Positions 12,948 through 27,985 of a DNA stretch of 64,000 nucleotides are shown here, piece after piece. The stretch comes from Auanema rhodensis. Its lineage: Eukaryota > Animalia > Nematoda. The notes below the pieces were generated by a model that searched no databases, had not been told where the DNA came from, and worked only from the letters and a program-made list of their open reading frames with translations. Position 1 is the first letter of the stretch. Each line of letters begins with the position of its first letter. Where the stretch lies: positions 8,618,001 through 8,682,000 of the forward strand of contig OZ059899.1 in the NCBI GenBank assembly GCA_964057225.1, given 5' to 3'. The position numbers and the translations under genes are program-made.

Positions 12948-13413
12948 ATAATTAATTTAATGAATGTGTGTTTCAATTGTTCAGGAATTTGATTATTCGT
13001 ATAAATAAATTATTTCATATACTATATAGTTGTATTAATATATAAATACATATTTAATATGTTTTTAACACACGGAAATACTTTGAAAGTGAAAGAAAAA
13101 TCATTTAAAACGTAATCAATTACATAAGTTTTTGAACAAAATTGATACAATCATTGATGATGTGGCCTGATAACCTAAATTGTCCCCAGAATCTAGGACA
13201 AGGACGTTGTTCCTTGAAGAGATAGTTCCAGTAGTCATCTATATCGTCACTCGTTCATTAGGTTCTTGTCAAGCCTGGATCACTTCTTTTCAATATTCTT
13301 TGAACATTTCTTAGTTTATATTCATTTTATTGAAATGATTTATCAATTGTATTAAAACAAACTATAGAAATATTAATATATTTAACTATAACTATATGAA
13401 TATGTTTAAGGAA

Positions 13414-14493
13414 ATGGACAAAACGTCCTCCTCGTTCAATCCAGCATGGATTTCAACAGGTGTTTCGTTGTTCTGTATTCTTACTGTGGCAGTTGTACTT
13501 CCGTCTTTGTATATACAACTTGATTCTGCTCAATCTCGCTTACAAACACGTATGGATGCTTTTAAGGTTCATATAAACGAAAACTTAAAAGAAATAACCA
13601 TGTTATCATAATTTTAGTTTACTGCTCGTAATATCTGGAAAGATGTTGTATTGGTTAAAAGCAATGGACGTATTCGTCGTCAAAGCTACGGAAATTCATA
13701 TGATGCTCAAGGCGATAACCAACAGTGTACTTCATGTGTTCAGCTACAATGTCCTCCTGGCCCACCAGGTCCTCCAGGAGTAAATGGTGAGCCAGGAATG
13801 GATGGATCTTCCGGAAGACCAGGTATTGTATTTTAATTGTTTGCATTTTCCGATAATCTTACAATAATGTTCAAAACGTTTTTTATTTAAAATGTTTTAG
13901 GAAAGCCTGGTTTGGACGGTCTTGACATTCCACTTGATCCAGAACCGTCATTCCCATGCGTTATCTGTCCAGCTGGACCACCAGGAAATCGCGGATCTCA
14001 AGGAGAAACTGGACGACCTGGTATTCCAGGAGAACCTGGACATCCTGGTCTTCCAGGACGACCAGGAAAACCAGGTCGCGTTGGAGATGCCGGAGAACAA
14101 GGACAACCAGGAGAGCCTGGAGAGCCAGGAATCAAGGGACCACCAGGAGATGATTCTATTGGAGGCATCGGTATCAAGGGACCTCCTGGACCACCAGGAC
14201 CACGTGGACCAAAGGGACCACCAGGAGCCAATGGAATGCCATCTCAAAACCCAGGCCCACAAGGACAAATTGGAGAAACCGGACCACCAGGTCCACCAGG
14301 ACCACGTGGAGAGCCTGGACCACCAGGCCCATTCGGTCCTCCAGGAGATTCCGGAGAGCCAGGAGGCCATTGTCCATCATCTTGCGGAGTTCAAGAAATT
14401 GTTGCTCCAAGTGTGAACGACTTAGACACTCATCAAGATTATCCACAACAACAACAACAACGTCCAGGATATGGAGGTGGATACGGAAAGTAA
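13414..14493 (+). CDS. dpy-7: Cuticle (furrow) collagen DPY-7
   Basis: 3 exons: N-terminal TM/Col_cuticle_N, RIRR subtilisin site, [42 protein letters not shown]-terminal [18 protein letters not shown]...GGGYGK*. Very close to the C. elegans DPY-7 sequence as I recall it. ATG 13414 follows a TTTAAG acceptor. Confidence 0.92.
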
Positions 14494-15473
14494 TTGTTCG
14501 TATTTCGTGTCGCATGATTGATAAATATTTTTTCCATGTTCTGTGTTTTGTCCAGATATGAAGACAAAAATGGATGAGGTTTATTCTAAGTGCATAGCAA
14601 ACTAGAAAATGTATGATGATCACAGATTGATAATGAAACATCAATAGTTTATAATTATTTTTGTGCAATTTTGCATGTTGCAATGAAAAAGCATCATTCG
14701 AAGAACAATTTTTTACTTTTCGTATTTGTTATTTATTTTTATCTTTTTTTTGGTTTATTTATAAAAAATATATAATTTATATATATCATATCTACAAAAA
14801 AATATAATTTTTGTTCGTTTTCAATTTTATTTCTAGATTCAAATATAAATATTTTTTATAGAACAGAAGTCATGATGTCATATTAGTGGGACAAAACTAT
14901 TAACGATGATCGAACACATTTATTGAATTTATACTATAAAATTTTTTTTAAAATAGATATGGCTTCTCATCGGACACTTCAAAGCAAATATATATGTGTT
15001 ATCATGATCATAATTACTTATTCGGAAGGCTGAAAATGGTCTTTCATAAGGTATATGACATAAAATTTGTATGTTTTATGTTTTCCTTTGATTCTTGATG
15101 ATATGCTGATCAACCAAACTCAGTAATTTCGAGTATTTAATTTGGAGCTACGTCCTTTTGTCTACGCTTTGAAATACTATTTGAATATCTGGATTTGTTT
15201 TTATCAACTTTTCATATACATTCATATAGTTAAATTTATACATATAGTATAATGTATCTATGTATATACTATAACATATGACTGAGAAGTTTTATAATTT
15301 TGTATAATCCCACGTGAATTACGTGAAATAATCAGTAGCAGGCTACTTATTATTAAAAATGAATTATGACTGAACGGTTGCTGTTTTTCTTTTTGTATCT
15401 TTAAAATATTCTCAAATTGCAATCCGTTTACTATTCTCTTTATTTTTTTCTGTCTGCTGCATGCTGTCTTCAA

Positions 15474-15476
<3 letters not shown>

Positions 15477-15510
<34 letters not shown>
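15477..15510. repeat. (TC)17 microsatellite
   Basis: Read directly from the sequence. Confidence 0.95.
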
Positions 15511-15513
<3 letters not shown>

Positions 15514-18500
15514 TTCTTGTACTCTATCTATCTATCTTTTTCCGGATACTATCAGTCAGGTAGTTCTATGGCTCATCTGATGATAAGACATAAAGCTGCT
15601 GCTGTTACTGAGAGAACACAAGAGATGGTTGGTAGCATCCATCGCCTTCTTAACTAAATGTTTTCTTAAGATAAGAAGCTTTAGATCATATAAGGCTGGT
15701 GGGAGCCTATATTGGCCGATTATGATAGCAACTGAGCTGATAATCATTCATCAGAACTAGTGAATGACAGCTAGATAGTAAGGTAATGAATGAGAGAAAG
15801 AGGCACAGCAAGCATTATCTAGGAATGTGGGTGGCACGAAGGTTATAACCAGTACGAGTGAAGGTATGAAAGCTCAGTAAACTTATAAAAGCATTCAACT
15901 TGAATACTTAGACTACTAATTATACAATATCTTCATTATATATCTAAAGTATAAAAAAATAAAATAAATATGACTTTACAATACAAAGAATAAATATTGG
16001 AAAAACATATTATATAATTTATACTAATAAGTTGATAGCATAATTAACATAATATTATCAATAACTGAATAAATAAATGACATTTTACTTGTTCATGACC
16101 CTTTATAATCCTTTTTTCAAATATTTCCAACTATCTTGCATCAAATTGATATTGTAATACGGTTATCAATCCTCAGCAGCAGATGATGCTCCTCCTGCAC
16201 ACGCATTTTTCTGTTTCAGCCTTACCTTCTATCGTAAACGTTGCTAGATAGTTATTGAGAATAAGAGAGAGAAAGAGATTGAGAGATGGAAAGAGATAGA
16301 GCAAAAGACCAAAAAAGAATTTTTTTCCTTTAGTAATTGGATCGTAAAATTATTTTTTCTTTCTTTCATTGACTCAGATAGTCTAATTGTAATCACTTGA
16401 TAGAAAAGCTAAAGAAAATTTGAAAAAATGAGGAACATTGTTGACAATTCTTTCATTTCCTTGTTTTGCAACATTCACGTTTACCTAATAAATTCTGCTT
16501 TTTTACTGTCTCATTCTCATTCTATACATCCTAATTTCTGTGTTTTCTTTAATAGTTCGCACACACACACACACATACATATACAGCCAGCTATACAAAA
16601 AATAAACGGTATTTTATGTCATATAGTTAGTTGATTAGCTGTCAGCTACTGATCATAAGATTCTTTGTCTAATATTATTTTTATCATCTTCTATATAATT
16701 AGGAAATACATATAAGGTATGCCCTTCTTCCCAAAAATTTATTAACTTTGACTCGAATAACTTGAACTTTTCTATCATGTGATTACTGACTTAAGAATTT
16801 TAAAACTCCTGATCGTGTACAAGTCAATAATGTGTGCGTCTGATTCTTATATTCAATCAATTGTTTTCTTAATCCAAGAAATAAAAAATTCCAACGCCCA
16901 TATTCAAAGATGTTTCAACATACATGTGTTTTCACCTTATTTTCATATTTCCTTGTATATATAATCATCTTTTTTTTATTATTTTTGATACACTTCATAC
17001 AGCTCAAGTTCACATGTGATGGTAAAGAAATTAAATTTAATGGCAGCTCCCTGTTGTCTATAAAACTACCGTTTTGATCAAATCTTACATGTTTATTCTT
17101 CAAAATTCCATTCAATTTTTTTGTGAGAAACTAATGAGCTTTCAGTAATTTCTTTTTCATCATTGAGTATTTTTTCATAACATAATGATGATTGCATATC
17201 AAAATTGATTGAATACTTTTAGCAATTTTATTAACTTCTTATCATCGGTTCTTTTTTATATATTTTTATTTTTTACTTCATTATACATCTTTTATGGACA
17301 TGATTGTGTTATTTTTGTTAGTTAATAAGCCGACAAAATAGAATTGCGTCAGATACAGTTGTAAAAGTTAAAAGAGAGATCATGAATAAATTTATTTCAT
17401 CTCATTATCACCAAACTAACACTTGATTCATTGAGCTTTTTATATCTGTTAAATATTGGTAAACAACATATGATAACGTATTCAAAGCAACATTTGTTTT
17501 TTGGAGAAATAACATTGATTCTCTCATCTGTTCATAGTTTTTTTTTCATTCCTAATTTTCTATTGAAACAATCTTTTCTTAGAAAGCAGAAAACTATTCT
17601 TTTTTATTTTGCAAGCTTGGAGTTATATACATATCTACTTCTTCATTTAACTTACTTTAACACACAATTAAATTCTTTTTTTCATATATTTAGTGAATTT
17701 CATTATTACAAATTTGTTTTTAAACTTTAATTTATACTTAATTCTTTTTATTTTTAATTTATTTATAATATTCTCTTTTTTCATTCTTTTATTATTTTGA
17801 CCGTTTTTAAATATATTTCTACTATTATGCTATCTATCTATTGTTATTATTTCATAAATACATCTACATACATACTTGGGAGCGATTCTCAATCTCAAAA
17901 TCAAAATCGTTGAGTTATCGAAAGCTCATTAATAATAATTATCGCAATTGATTGATTGAGTTTCTTAATGTATTTTTGTAAGAAAACTCTTCAAAGTCTG
18001 AATATTCTAGACTTTCGTTTCTTTCATGCATTCTAGTTCTTCATATTCTTCAAAATTTGAAAGAAAGGTAGTTTTTGATATTTTTTGGTAACAATCAAAG
18101 TCTCATAAAAATTCCTATCTTACTGAAAAAACCCATGTTTTTTAAAGTTGAAGGATAATTTAATTATTGATAATTGAGTCCAAGTATAATACCTAGTCTT
18201 ACTATATGATCTTCAAAATCCAAAACAAATCTTTATTTTCTATATTAAATATAATTATTAAACTTAAACATTTTACTTTTAAGAAATAAAATATAAAACT
18301 AATATATATTCTCTGAAAAAGGTTTTATAATTAATTTTTAAGACTAGTAGTATAAACTTAAATTAATTTATAATATTGGTCCATAATCTTCAGTTTAGAT
18401 ATTAATGTTTTAAAATATATTTCTTGATACAAAACTATCTATAACTATTTGCTAAGATTATAACAACTTAGTCGGCTGCTGAGGTCATCTGAAGATTACG

Positions 18501-19167
18501 GTTCCGTCTTTTTGGCAGATTATCTATCATGACTTATATACATATATACATGAACAAACAGACAGCTTGTAGACAGGCCAAGTTTGGTATATCGGCATGG
18601 AAGAAAAGAAATAAATCTTTCCTTATATTATATAATTTCTTTTAGGATCATGTATCAAAATATCATTTCATTTTTAATTTTACTTTGTTTTTTTGTGTAA
18701 GATATCAAGTTACAACTTTTTTTAAACACCGACATGTTTCAAAGTCTAATGTCGGATTATATCAGATAATCCGTGATGCCTGATGTAAAAGAGATGGAAT
18801 ATTGAAAATATGTGTTTATGTTAGAATAATATAATATTTATTTTCGAGTTTTAAATTATAATAAACTACTTTTGATCAAAATATAAAAATAAGGAAATTT
18901 TCTTATTAATTATAATTTATTTATCTTTTTCGTTCAAAAATTTGATAATCTGGACAAAACATATTCGTCTCGTTTGAATGTCCCTAATCAGCTTGTATGA
19001 TAAAGTTGCTCACAAACTTGTGATTGTTTCTCTACTCTTCTCATCATGCTTGAGATTGCTCTTCTTTCTCGCTCTTGTTCTGAACTGGTGCGAAGAGAGT
19101 TCTCTCATAATACACGTTTTCCTATTACGGTTAAAGACAAGAAGAATTAAGAGGAACAAATCATATG

Positions 19168-19246
19168 ATAGAGAGAGAGAGCGATAGAGAGAGATAGATA
19201 GATAGATAAAGAGAGAGAGAGAGAGAGAGGGGAGAGAGAGAGAGAA
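19168..19246. repeat. Compound (AG)n/(AGAT)n microsatellite
   Basis: Read directly from the sequence. Confidence 0.9.
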
Positions 19247-21421
19247 AGTAGTGAAGGCAAGACGAATAAAGAAAGCTGACAGATCATGGATAGATTACCG
19301 TACTATTAGCACAATTACTAATCCTTTACAAAGACCTTGGGTCATCATCACAACATTTTATGCTGTTAATAGCAAATAGCACAAGAGGCATCAATAAGAA
19401 GAAAAAAGATAATTTGAATATATGTGTTATGATCTTTATGTGTATTTTGAATTATTTATTTACCATCTGTAGATAGTTCTGAAACATATTATTTTTGATA
19501 AAAAATGAGAATCAACTTATAAATATCATGAATTCTTTACTCAAATACCATATTAGAAATTGTAAAATATATAGATACTATTACCTTTGTTGTATAGTTA
19601 GAGAAGTTAAATGTAATTTAGTATTATATATTTCCGCTTTCTAGCTGATAGAATTGCATAGATGATTCAGAAAAGAAAAAAAAAACTGTTTCATATGTCG
19701 TAATCTCAGAGATGTCGACTATTCCATCTATGAATCCATTCTAGGCTACCAGCTGATTGCTGAAAAGCCGACAATCCTATTCATTCAATACCTCTTTTGT
19801 ATACAATAATGTAATCAATCTCTAAATATGACGTCATCTTGATGTCGTTTATATGATTGCCGGTAAATTCTACAATAACAAGTATCAACAGCATATCATC
19901 CGTTAGCACTTTTTTTCATCGTCTTCGAATGTTGGACCAGCCGGAAATAACCGTTATGGATGAGATACATGAAAAACGAGTGATATTTCCCCTTTGATAC
20001 AACTTCCTCCCTTTATTCATATTCAGAATTCAATTCATTGTGGCTGAAAAGGTCATAAAAGGTGTCTAATCTGCGCTTGTAGGCACATAAGCAGACCAAT
20101 GATATCGGTATGTTAGGTTGCAAATCTTTCATGTTGCCGACGAACATGTACTTTTGATGCGAACAGTTATATTATTTATTTGGTAATATGTTTAAAGCAT
20201 TGATATTGTGCTTCTTATTCACATATCCATTAGTATTGCTTATGAATACTACCGTACCATCATATTCGGTTTTCTCTGAATTCATAATCTTAGGCAAAAA
20301 CTGCAAAAAGTCGCTTTCACGAGAAGCAACTTTCTTTTTGTTTTCTTGATATAGTCTATCTTTTTTCTTGAATCGTGCACTTCTAATCCATATACGGCCA
20401 TGATTTGATGGGGGTTTTTGTGATTTAAAACTCCCCCTTCCCGATATTACGGTAAAACAACCTAAGCATTTCTATTGGCTTTCTATTTTCACCGAAGAAT
20501 CCGGTTTTTCATAGACGTTTCTTCTACTTCTTCTCCGCTTGCTCATCCCTCACTCAATTCTCTGTCTTGTTCCCTTGGTGGGTGTTGTTTCCATAATATA
20601 GAGGTACAGCCGGCTTTTCTCGATCTTAAACTGGCCAAATATGGTTAGAGACAGCCTCACACACATGCACATACACAGAATTCATATGACAGATACGACA
20701 ATAAGCATTTATACGTCGCATCTTCTTTGGTCTTCATTGCATCTTTGCTTGATTCTGACTCATACCAAGTTGTCTGTCATGATACTTTGGCGGGGTGATA
20801 TCTTGACATCGGCACATGCCCTCTCTTTTACTTAGCAGAAGAAGATTCCTACACCAACGATAAAACGGGAAAGAGATTATGACGTTTTAGTAAGCAAATA
20901 CAGTAAGATAGGTGAGCTAAAATCATTGTGCTCATAAAGAGATAGAGCCCACAAAACGAGAGAAGCAGAGAAGCTTAGCACGAGCCATCTCCCTATTAAA
21001 CGACAACATTTTTCTGATCATGCCGACAGAGAAATTCTCTTATATGGCGCTAGCGAATACCTTCATGACAGTTTGGCGGAAATAATCAAAACCTATTTGG
21101 GTAAACAAGCTTCACGCTTAGACTTCTGAGGCCGTCAGGCTTTAACCTGAGTCATTTCATGCTCAGATCTGATACATCTTGCCGACGAAACGTGCGCTAA
21201 ATTTGCGTGAAAGATAAATCAAGATAAGAGAAAAGCTGCTACTGAACCATAACTGATCCGACTGAATTAGTTTTTTAACCGTTAGAATAATTGAGATCAT
21301 GGGAAGATTACCATGTACGTATTTCTTTTCAGATAGAATAAGCAAAACTGAACGTTTACATATGATTTTAAATCTCTTAACTCCATTCTTCCTCTTTATT
21401 GACAGCAGAAAGAGAAATAAA

Positions 21422-21424
<3 letters not shown>

Positions 21425-21455
<31 letters not shown>
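21425..21455. repeat. (AG)n microsatellite
   Basis: Read directly from the sequence. Confidence 0.95.
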
Positions 21456-21458
<3 letters not shown>

Positions 21459-24400
21459 CGAAAAAGAGAATGATGAGTAGTTATAGCCAATCTATCTATA
21501 TGTTTCTTCTATTTTACAGTCTATCAACGGTGAATACGGTAATTTTACAATTTTGAATGATTTCTGTTCGAATTATCTAACGGTAAACCATTAAAATTAA
21601 AATTTCAAGGCAATATTTCTGTTTCAAAAACTTTATTACCAAATTCAAATTATCTTTAACAACTTTAATAAGGAGTTATATACATATACTATGTTAATTG
21701 ATTATACAATATCTTTTACTTCTTTTACTTTAACAACTTTTTAAATTTTTTTCTAAAAAAGATAATGGAAATACTAAAGAAAATTTGAAAAGTATATATA
21801 TATCTATACGTATATATGTATATAAATATGTCAAATTTGATTTTTCAATCTTTTAAAAGCCAATAAAAAAAATTTAAAACTATGAAATCAGCCTGAAAAC
21901 ATAAAATTCTACAAAACGTACACAAGTTGTCCAAAAAGATATGTACATCTACGTTCTTTTTGTTTTTTTTTTGAATCAAAGATATTAGAATTTTATAAAT
22001 ATTTATTAATTTATATGCACGAACCTCATCATCTTAGTTTTTTCTCTCTTAGCACGTTATTTCGTTTTTTCTTTTTCCTTTTTTGCTCAAAGGCGGTCAA
22101 TGTGTGTGAAGAGATACGGATATTTCTCAAATAGCAATTATTATATAAGGATTCTCTACATACGACTATATGATTCATCAGGTATGATCTTGATGGGAAC
22201 GACTACCTAGCTCAGCGTCACCTTAGTATTCTCTGAATCTCTTAGGGTCCTTATGCTGATTCATGTAGGTAGCCGGAAAACTTTGTCATGGAACCATGGG
22301 AGACCACTTGATGAACTTATTCATATGATTTGCTAAATTAAAAAGTTTTTGCAGTAATTTCGTTTTAAAATAAACAAACGAATCAATATTCTCATTTAAA
22401 AACAAAATAATTTAGAATGAATAACTCGAGCGTATTGCGTTATAACAGTAAACGAGGTTGACCTGAACACATGGGAGATAGCTGTATCTAGCTTTGATGA
22501 GAAGAATCCAAATATCTGCTCCTTCATAACCTTTTCTTTATTCAATTTTGATGGGAAGCAAAACCCATAAAAACAATTCATATTGATGACAAAATGCCGA
22601 GAAAAGCAGCCAGGTGACAAAAAAAAATCAGAAATTCTTTCTGAGAATTATACAATACAAAAGACAAATGATGATCAAGTTTTATGACTTTCAATGTATT
22701 TTACGTAACAATAGGATTAATTCCTGTTCATTCAAAAATATTAAAATAACAGAAAATCATTTGATTTTTATCCTTATTAAACATAAAATTACAACTTTAC
22801 CTTATACCCAAATGGTTTTAAAACTATTTTTTTGAATCCAACAAAACTTTAAAAATTTGTTTTTGTATGAGTTATGAATAGCTTGCTCAATTAATTCTTA
22901 AGTCATCTCTCCCATTCAGATTGAACGATTTGACAATTATTCAGAACATTTGTTCAATTTTTAATATTTCTTCGTAACTTTTTCAAATACTCGTTTAAGG
23001 AAGAAGCTATGTGTAATCATGCTTCTTATCAGGCTTGTTTCGTCGTTCCTACATTTCGTGTCATCGCCTTTGCGCTGCTTTAATCTGGATAGTCTTCTCC
23101 TTATTTGAACTTATTCTTTCCTTCTCTCAATTCTCTTTCAGTTTTTAACATACTGATTGCTCTATTCTTCTTATTCGTCTTCCTTCTATCGTTTCTTATC
23201 CTGACTCGCTGGTTAAATCGTGTTCGTTATGTGTATGTTCATGATGAACAGGACCCCCTCCCATCTCACCTCTATCACAAGTTCAATCACGATGGTAAAG
23301 CAATCTTAAATACTTCGGAAATACATCTGCCTATTCAAATAATTAAGTATTAAACATCTCAGCATCCGAATTATCAATTCGATATTCTTGCTTAGTGTCT
23401 CAAAAAGAAAATTGTTTTGTTCGAATTTTTCTTTCTTTCGTTTATATAAACAGATAAAAACAATATAAAAGGATTATAACCATAAGAAAATGGTTACTGA
23501 ACAAGAGCTTTGATTCAAAATTTCTATCATCTACTGTCAAATAGTATGAATGACTCAATAAGCCAAACAGAATAAAATTGGGACAAAGTGAATAAAGAGA
23601 AACAAACTTAACTATATTATAGATTGACTGACAAAGACTAAAAACGATTCAAGTTTTATCATAAAGTTCAACCTATATTCAACTATACAAATCTATTTCT
23701 TTTCTTTTATAACAAAACAATTGTAACATCAAAGATTTATCAGTTAGTTAATGGTGACATTTACATTTTTACTTTTTAATATTGTTAATATTCTTCTCTT
23801 TTTCATATATTTTTAATATTTTTGATATCGATATATACTTATTCTTTTCATATTATAATCTTTTTTTTTCTTTTCATTAGACCCTTTCATATACCAACCA
23901 ACCAACCAACCAATCAAACAAACCAACGCTACTCCATTTCGTTGTTCCATTCTAGTTGTCGTCAAACTACCGTAATCTCGAAAATTTACGCCTCCGGTTA
24001 TAGAATTAACTAGATTATTTTAACTAAAGAAATGATTAAAACCAACTAATAATATGAAATGAATTTGTAAAATATAATGATAAATCAATAAATTCACATA
24101 ATTATGAACTTTTCATATATTCATAATTAGCCAAAAAAAAAAGTTTTTGGCTTTTAGCCATATTATGCCAATTCTTACTCTTTGAAATAATTTTTCATCA
24201 TTTTCTCCTCGTTAACTACCTAAACGAGCTTTCAATTTCTCACATGCATACACTCATTTCCTAATCATAAAAGATCTTTTGTATCATTGTATCGTTTGAA
24301 GAAACCGACGAAACATAACCATTTTCAAAGTTTATTCCATGTATGATTTAGCGTTTTATCTCTAACTCTTTCTTAATAACTTGCTCTCTCACTAGCTTAT

Positions 24401-27009
24401 TCTTCTTTTTTTCTCTCTTTCGCTACAATTCTCTTCCACATATCTCTTTATGGGTTGCATAGTCATCTGTATTGTTTTCGAGTTACAATCATCCAAAATC
24501 AATTCCTCTACATAACAAGCAGCTCTATATTGGATAAGTTATTGAAACAAAGCATTCTCTCATCTTCTGCCGTACTATCTACCAGCAAACTCATTCCCAA
24601 CTTTGCCATGAATGGCCATCTGTCTTTAAACTTTTTTTATTCAATCGAAGCTATTTCTCTTTTGATTTAGATGAAAAATTGCATTCATATGCTCATTCGT
24701 ATTAGAGAATAGGCAAAAAAGTGCAAATCCATTGTCTATTTCCATGGACCTCCCTATTCACTCATATCCATCTGGAGATGTTCATGTGTGGTCCCGCCAG
24801 TTGCGTCGCTAACGCCATCCTTTTATATTTTGTCTGAGAAATGAATTGAAATTGAGAATGGAATCCAAATAGAAAAAAATCTTTGTTATTAAATACCAAG
24901 CTTGATATGAGATTTTAACTGCAACTATGATGAATACATAGTTAGAGAAAGAGCGAATAAGGAACACATATGGAGATAGATAGATAGATCGAGACAAAAC
25001 ATATGCCATTTGAAACGTTCCCCATATCATATAACTCTTTGGAATATACAATACTACAAGAACTTCATCATAAACCGTTTTTCCGCATTTTTCTGTCTAA
25101 AGCATAAGTTATAACTGTATTGTTTTCATCTTTTATTATATCTATGCATATAGTTTATAATATCTTTACAGTCTTTTCTTTATTTATTCTTCACATCACA
25201 AGACAAAACAGTTCATCGAGTTGTTTTATCTCATATCTCCTTCATTTTCATCCGTTTTTGACCTTCTGACCGCCACAGTAGGTGATCAGCTTGCGGTCAC
25301 TTGTAGAGTGCTCTTCTCGCCATCCTCCATCTTTCATCGTTCACTCTCTGTCCCTCTCGCTTAATCTCTCAAACCATCACATGCTAATACAATCTCTCTT
25401 TCCTTTTCTTCCTCTGCTAGACAAAATTTAAGCCGGAATACCGAAGACACCTCTGGGCGACCCCTGCTTGACTAGGGACAAGCCCTCTGACGCAATAGAA
25501 CAGAGTATCAGCTTACTCAACTTACCAGCTTATAACTGAATCAGGGGAACACGGAATAAGACATTGCATTTCTTCTGATAGCTACTGATTAATATCACTA
25601 AATTTAGATTTGTTCGCAACACAACACTCCTTCATAAGTATTCAAACAAAAATATTTGTAGAAATTCTTCAAAAAAAGAGCAGAAAAGATATGATTTTAT
25701 AGACCGAAAGGTAAAACTATTAAAAGTATATATTGATATTAACACATACTTTCTTTGAATTTCATCATAAAGTTGTTCTTAAAAGCTAAATGATATTCAT
25801 AACTTGGTTATCAACGAACGAACTCTTTATAATGATTCAATGTGTCTAGGACGAGAACGTTTCATAACAAGTAGTTCCTTGTATGAAATAAATAGTTAAG
25901 CTTCTTAGAAATTGCTGATTCAGTACATATGCTATTCAATATAGTTAACATCTTTAATCTTTGCGTCATCATACTCATCTTATACTCATCCTCAAAATCT
26001 AACTGAAATGACGTTAGTCAAATTGATATCATTTGTTACTAATTCGTAATGTCCTCCTACTCAATTCTAGTTTTGATCATTTCAAGACAATTTCCCGTAC
26101 CCAAGACACTTTCTAGCTTCCTTTCAATTCTTATCACTTTGTTATAAGCCTCTTGCTCCTCCTTAATCCGCTCATTTCCACCCTGCCCCCTTATTCACCT
26201 TCTGATGGCTTCTTTCTCTTATTCTCTACTCCCTCTATCATTAACTTCTTCTTTAACTATTTTTTATCAACTGTTTCTGTTGTTTAAGACATGTATTCTG
26301 ATTTTATGCTCACTTAATCAGAAGCTTTTCATTTAAAACGTCTATCTGAGCCATTTATCAAACATAATATGTATATTTGTAAATTTTTAGCAAACTCATC
26401 ACCTTAGTAAATTTGATTTTTAATTTCTTATTTTTACATCAACATCATATTATTAACATTTTTCCTCTTTTTGGCTCCTTTGTTATCATTTCAGAAGCTT
26501 TTTCCTGTTAAAAATCAATTGGAAATTATTTTTTATGCTTTTTCATCTTACCATCAAGCCAGATAAATAGGAATGTATATATACATATATACATTTATTT
26601 ATATATCTAATAAAATTAATTCTAAATCTCTTTAAAGTTTTATTTCATTATAATATTGCTTATAACATGAAGTTTAGCAAGATTATAGCTGATTTAAACT
26701 ACAATTGATCTTTATTTTGAGATTTTCGATTGGTTAGCTTCTTTATCCCTATAGGCTGCCTGTATTTTTGTTTTATATTTATAAAGCTTATCCTTTCAAA
26801 TACTTCTTTCTTCTTCTTCCTTATTCATAAAACAGATTAATACAATTTCATTTTCTTTTTTCTTCGGTACTCATCATTTGAATCATTTTCTCATTTTATA
26901 GATCATTCTTAAAAATAACTCAATCATTCACTTGTATTCCTCCTTAAAGACTCATGATTTCCGTTTTCTTCTTCGTCATTTCATTAGCTATCTTCAGAAC
27001 CTGTGAAAA

Positions 27010-27190
27010 TTGGCCTGAGATCCGCCCATTTCTCGCTTCCAACATCGCCCCCTTCTATGTGGTGCTAAGTGGGCGGAGCTTCCTTTGGCGGTGGCCGCTT
27101 CTTCCAGCGCCAGCCAATATCAGTCACTCGGTCTACCGTGGCGCCTTGTGAGCAGCAGTCGTTCTGGCTCCAGCTCCAGTGGTTGGCCAA
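27010..27190. promoter_or_regulatory. GC-rich island upstream of the odd gene with inverted GC boxes, an E2F-like site and CCAAT
   Basis: TCCGCCCA (~27021) and TGGGCGGAGCT (27070-27080) in inverted orientation, TTTGGCGG (~27084) and AGCCAAT (~27112), in an otherwise very AT-rich background. Confidence 0.45.
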
Positions 27191-27699
27191 CTTCTTCTGA
27201 AAGCTTCTTCCGAAGCTGTTACCCCATTCTCTCCTCTTCCACATTCATTTCTAGATGTTTGGAATTTATTATTCCAATTCATAGCGGTGACAATTTGTCC
27301 TTTAACAAACAGTTACCGTAATCTAACGCTTGCATAATGGTGAACGAATAATGTTTCAGTTATCCGAAAATCAAAAGAATTCTTTTAATATGATTTAAAA
27401 TCATTTTGCACCATTTCTTATCATGAAAAATATATTTTTTATAAATCTTTATATTTGTATATATATATGAATATATACATTTTGATTTATTATGTAGTTT
27501 GTAACCTTTTCTTCAACATCATTGTTACAAAATTCTCTCTGATACGATTATCCTAAATGAGTTCGTTGATTAACTTGTAATTACAAATTATTTATATCAA
27601 ACACAAGTTCTATTACTTCAATATGTTGATGAAGCATAATTCTCCTAATGCTCTTATTTTACAGCTTTTTAAGCACATGGGTCTTTACCAATCTTTATC

Positions 27700-27985
27700 G
27701 TTTTAACAGCGCTTTCAATCATGAAAAGGTCTCTGAGGCTCTGTACGTCAGTTTGTCTACCGTACACAGGCTACCATTTGCAAACAGTTCAAGCTTTTAT
27801 GATCAACTTGCATGTATACATTTCCTCGTTTTTGCCATCTTCAACTATTTTAATAGCTGTGAATTCAATGCAAATTGTTGCCGAAGAAGCAACATAACCT
27901 TTTCAGCCTGAACTGTCCCCTCTGTTATCAACAACATCGTGTTCTTCGTTTGAACAGTAAGAAGGCGTCATCATAGTATCATGCA
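27700..27985 (+). mobile_element. Degenerate Tc1/mariner transposase N-terminal (HTH) relic
   Basis: Translation gives SAFNHEKVSEALYVSLSTVHRL (HTH, cf. IAxxLxVSxSTVxR) and, after frameshifts, *TVRRRHHS (cf. Tc1 SKRTVRRRL). No TIRs seen. Confidence 0.4.

Noticed and set aside
13922-14683. Several long overlapping ORFs on both strands over dpy-7
   Set aside because: They are shadows of the GC-rich Gly-X-Y codon repeat, not independent genes.
18090-23740. TCF/POP-1-like CTTTGAT/ATCAAAG sites in the odd desert
   Set aside because: The few copies seen are plausibly chance at this AT content.
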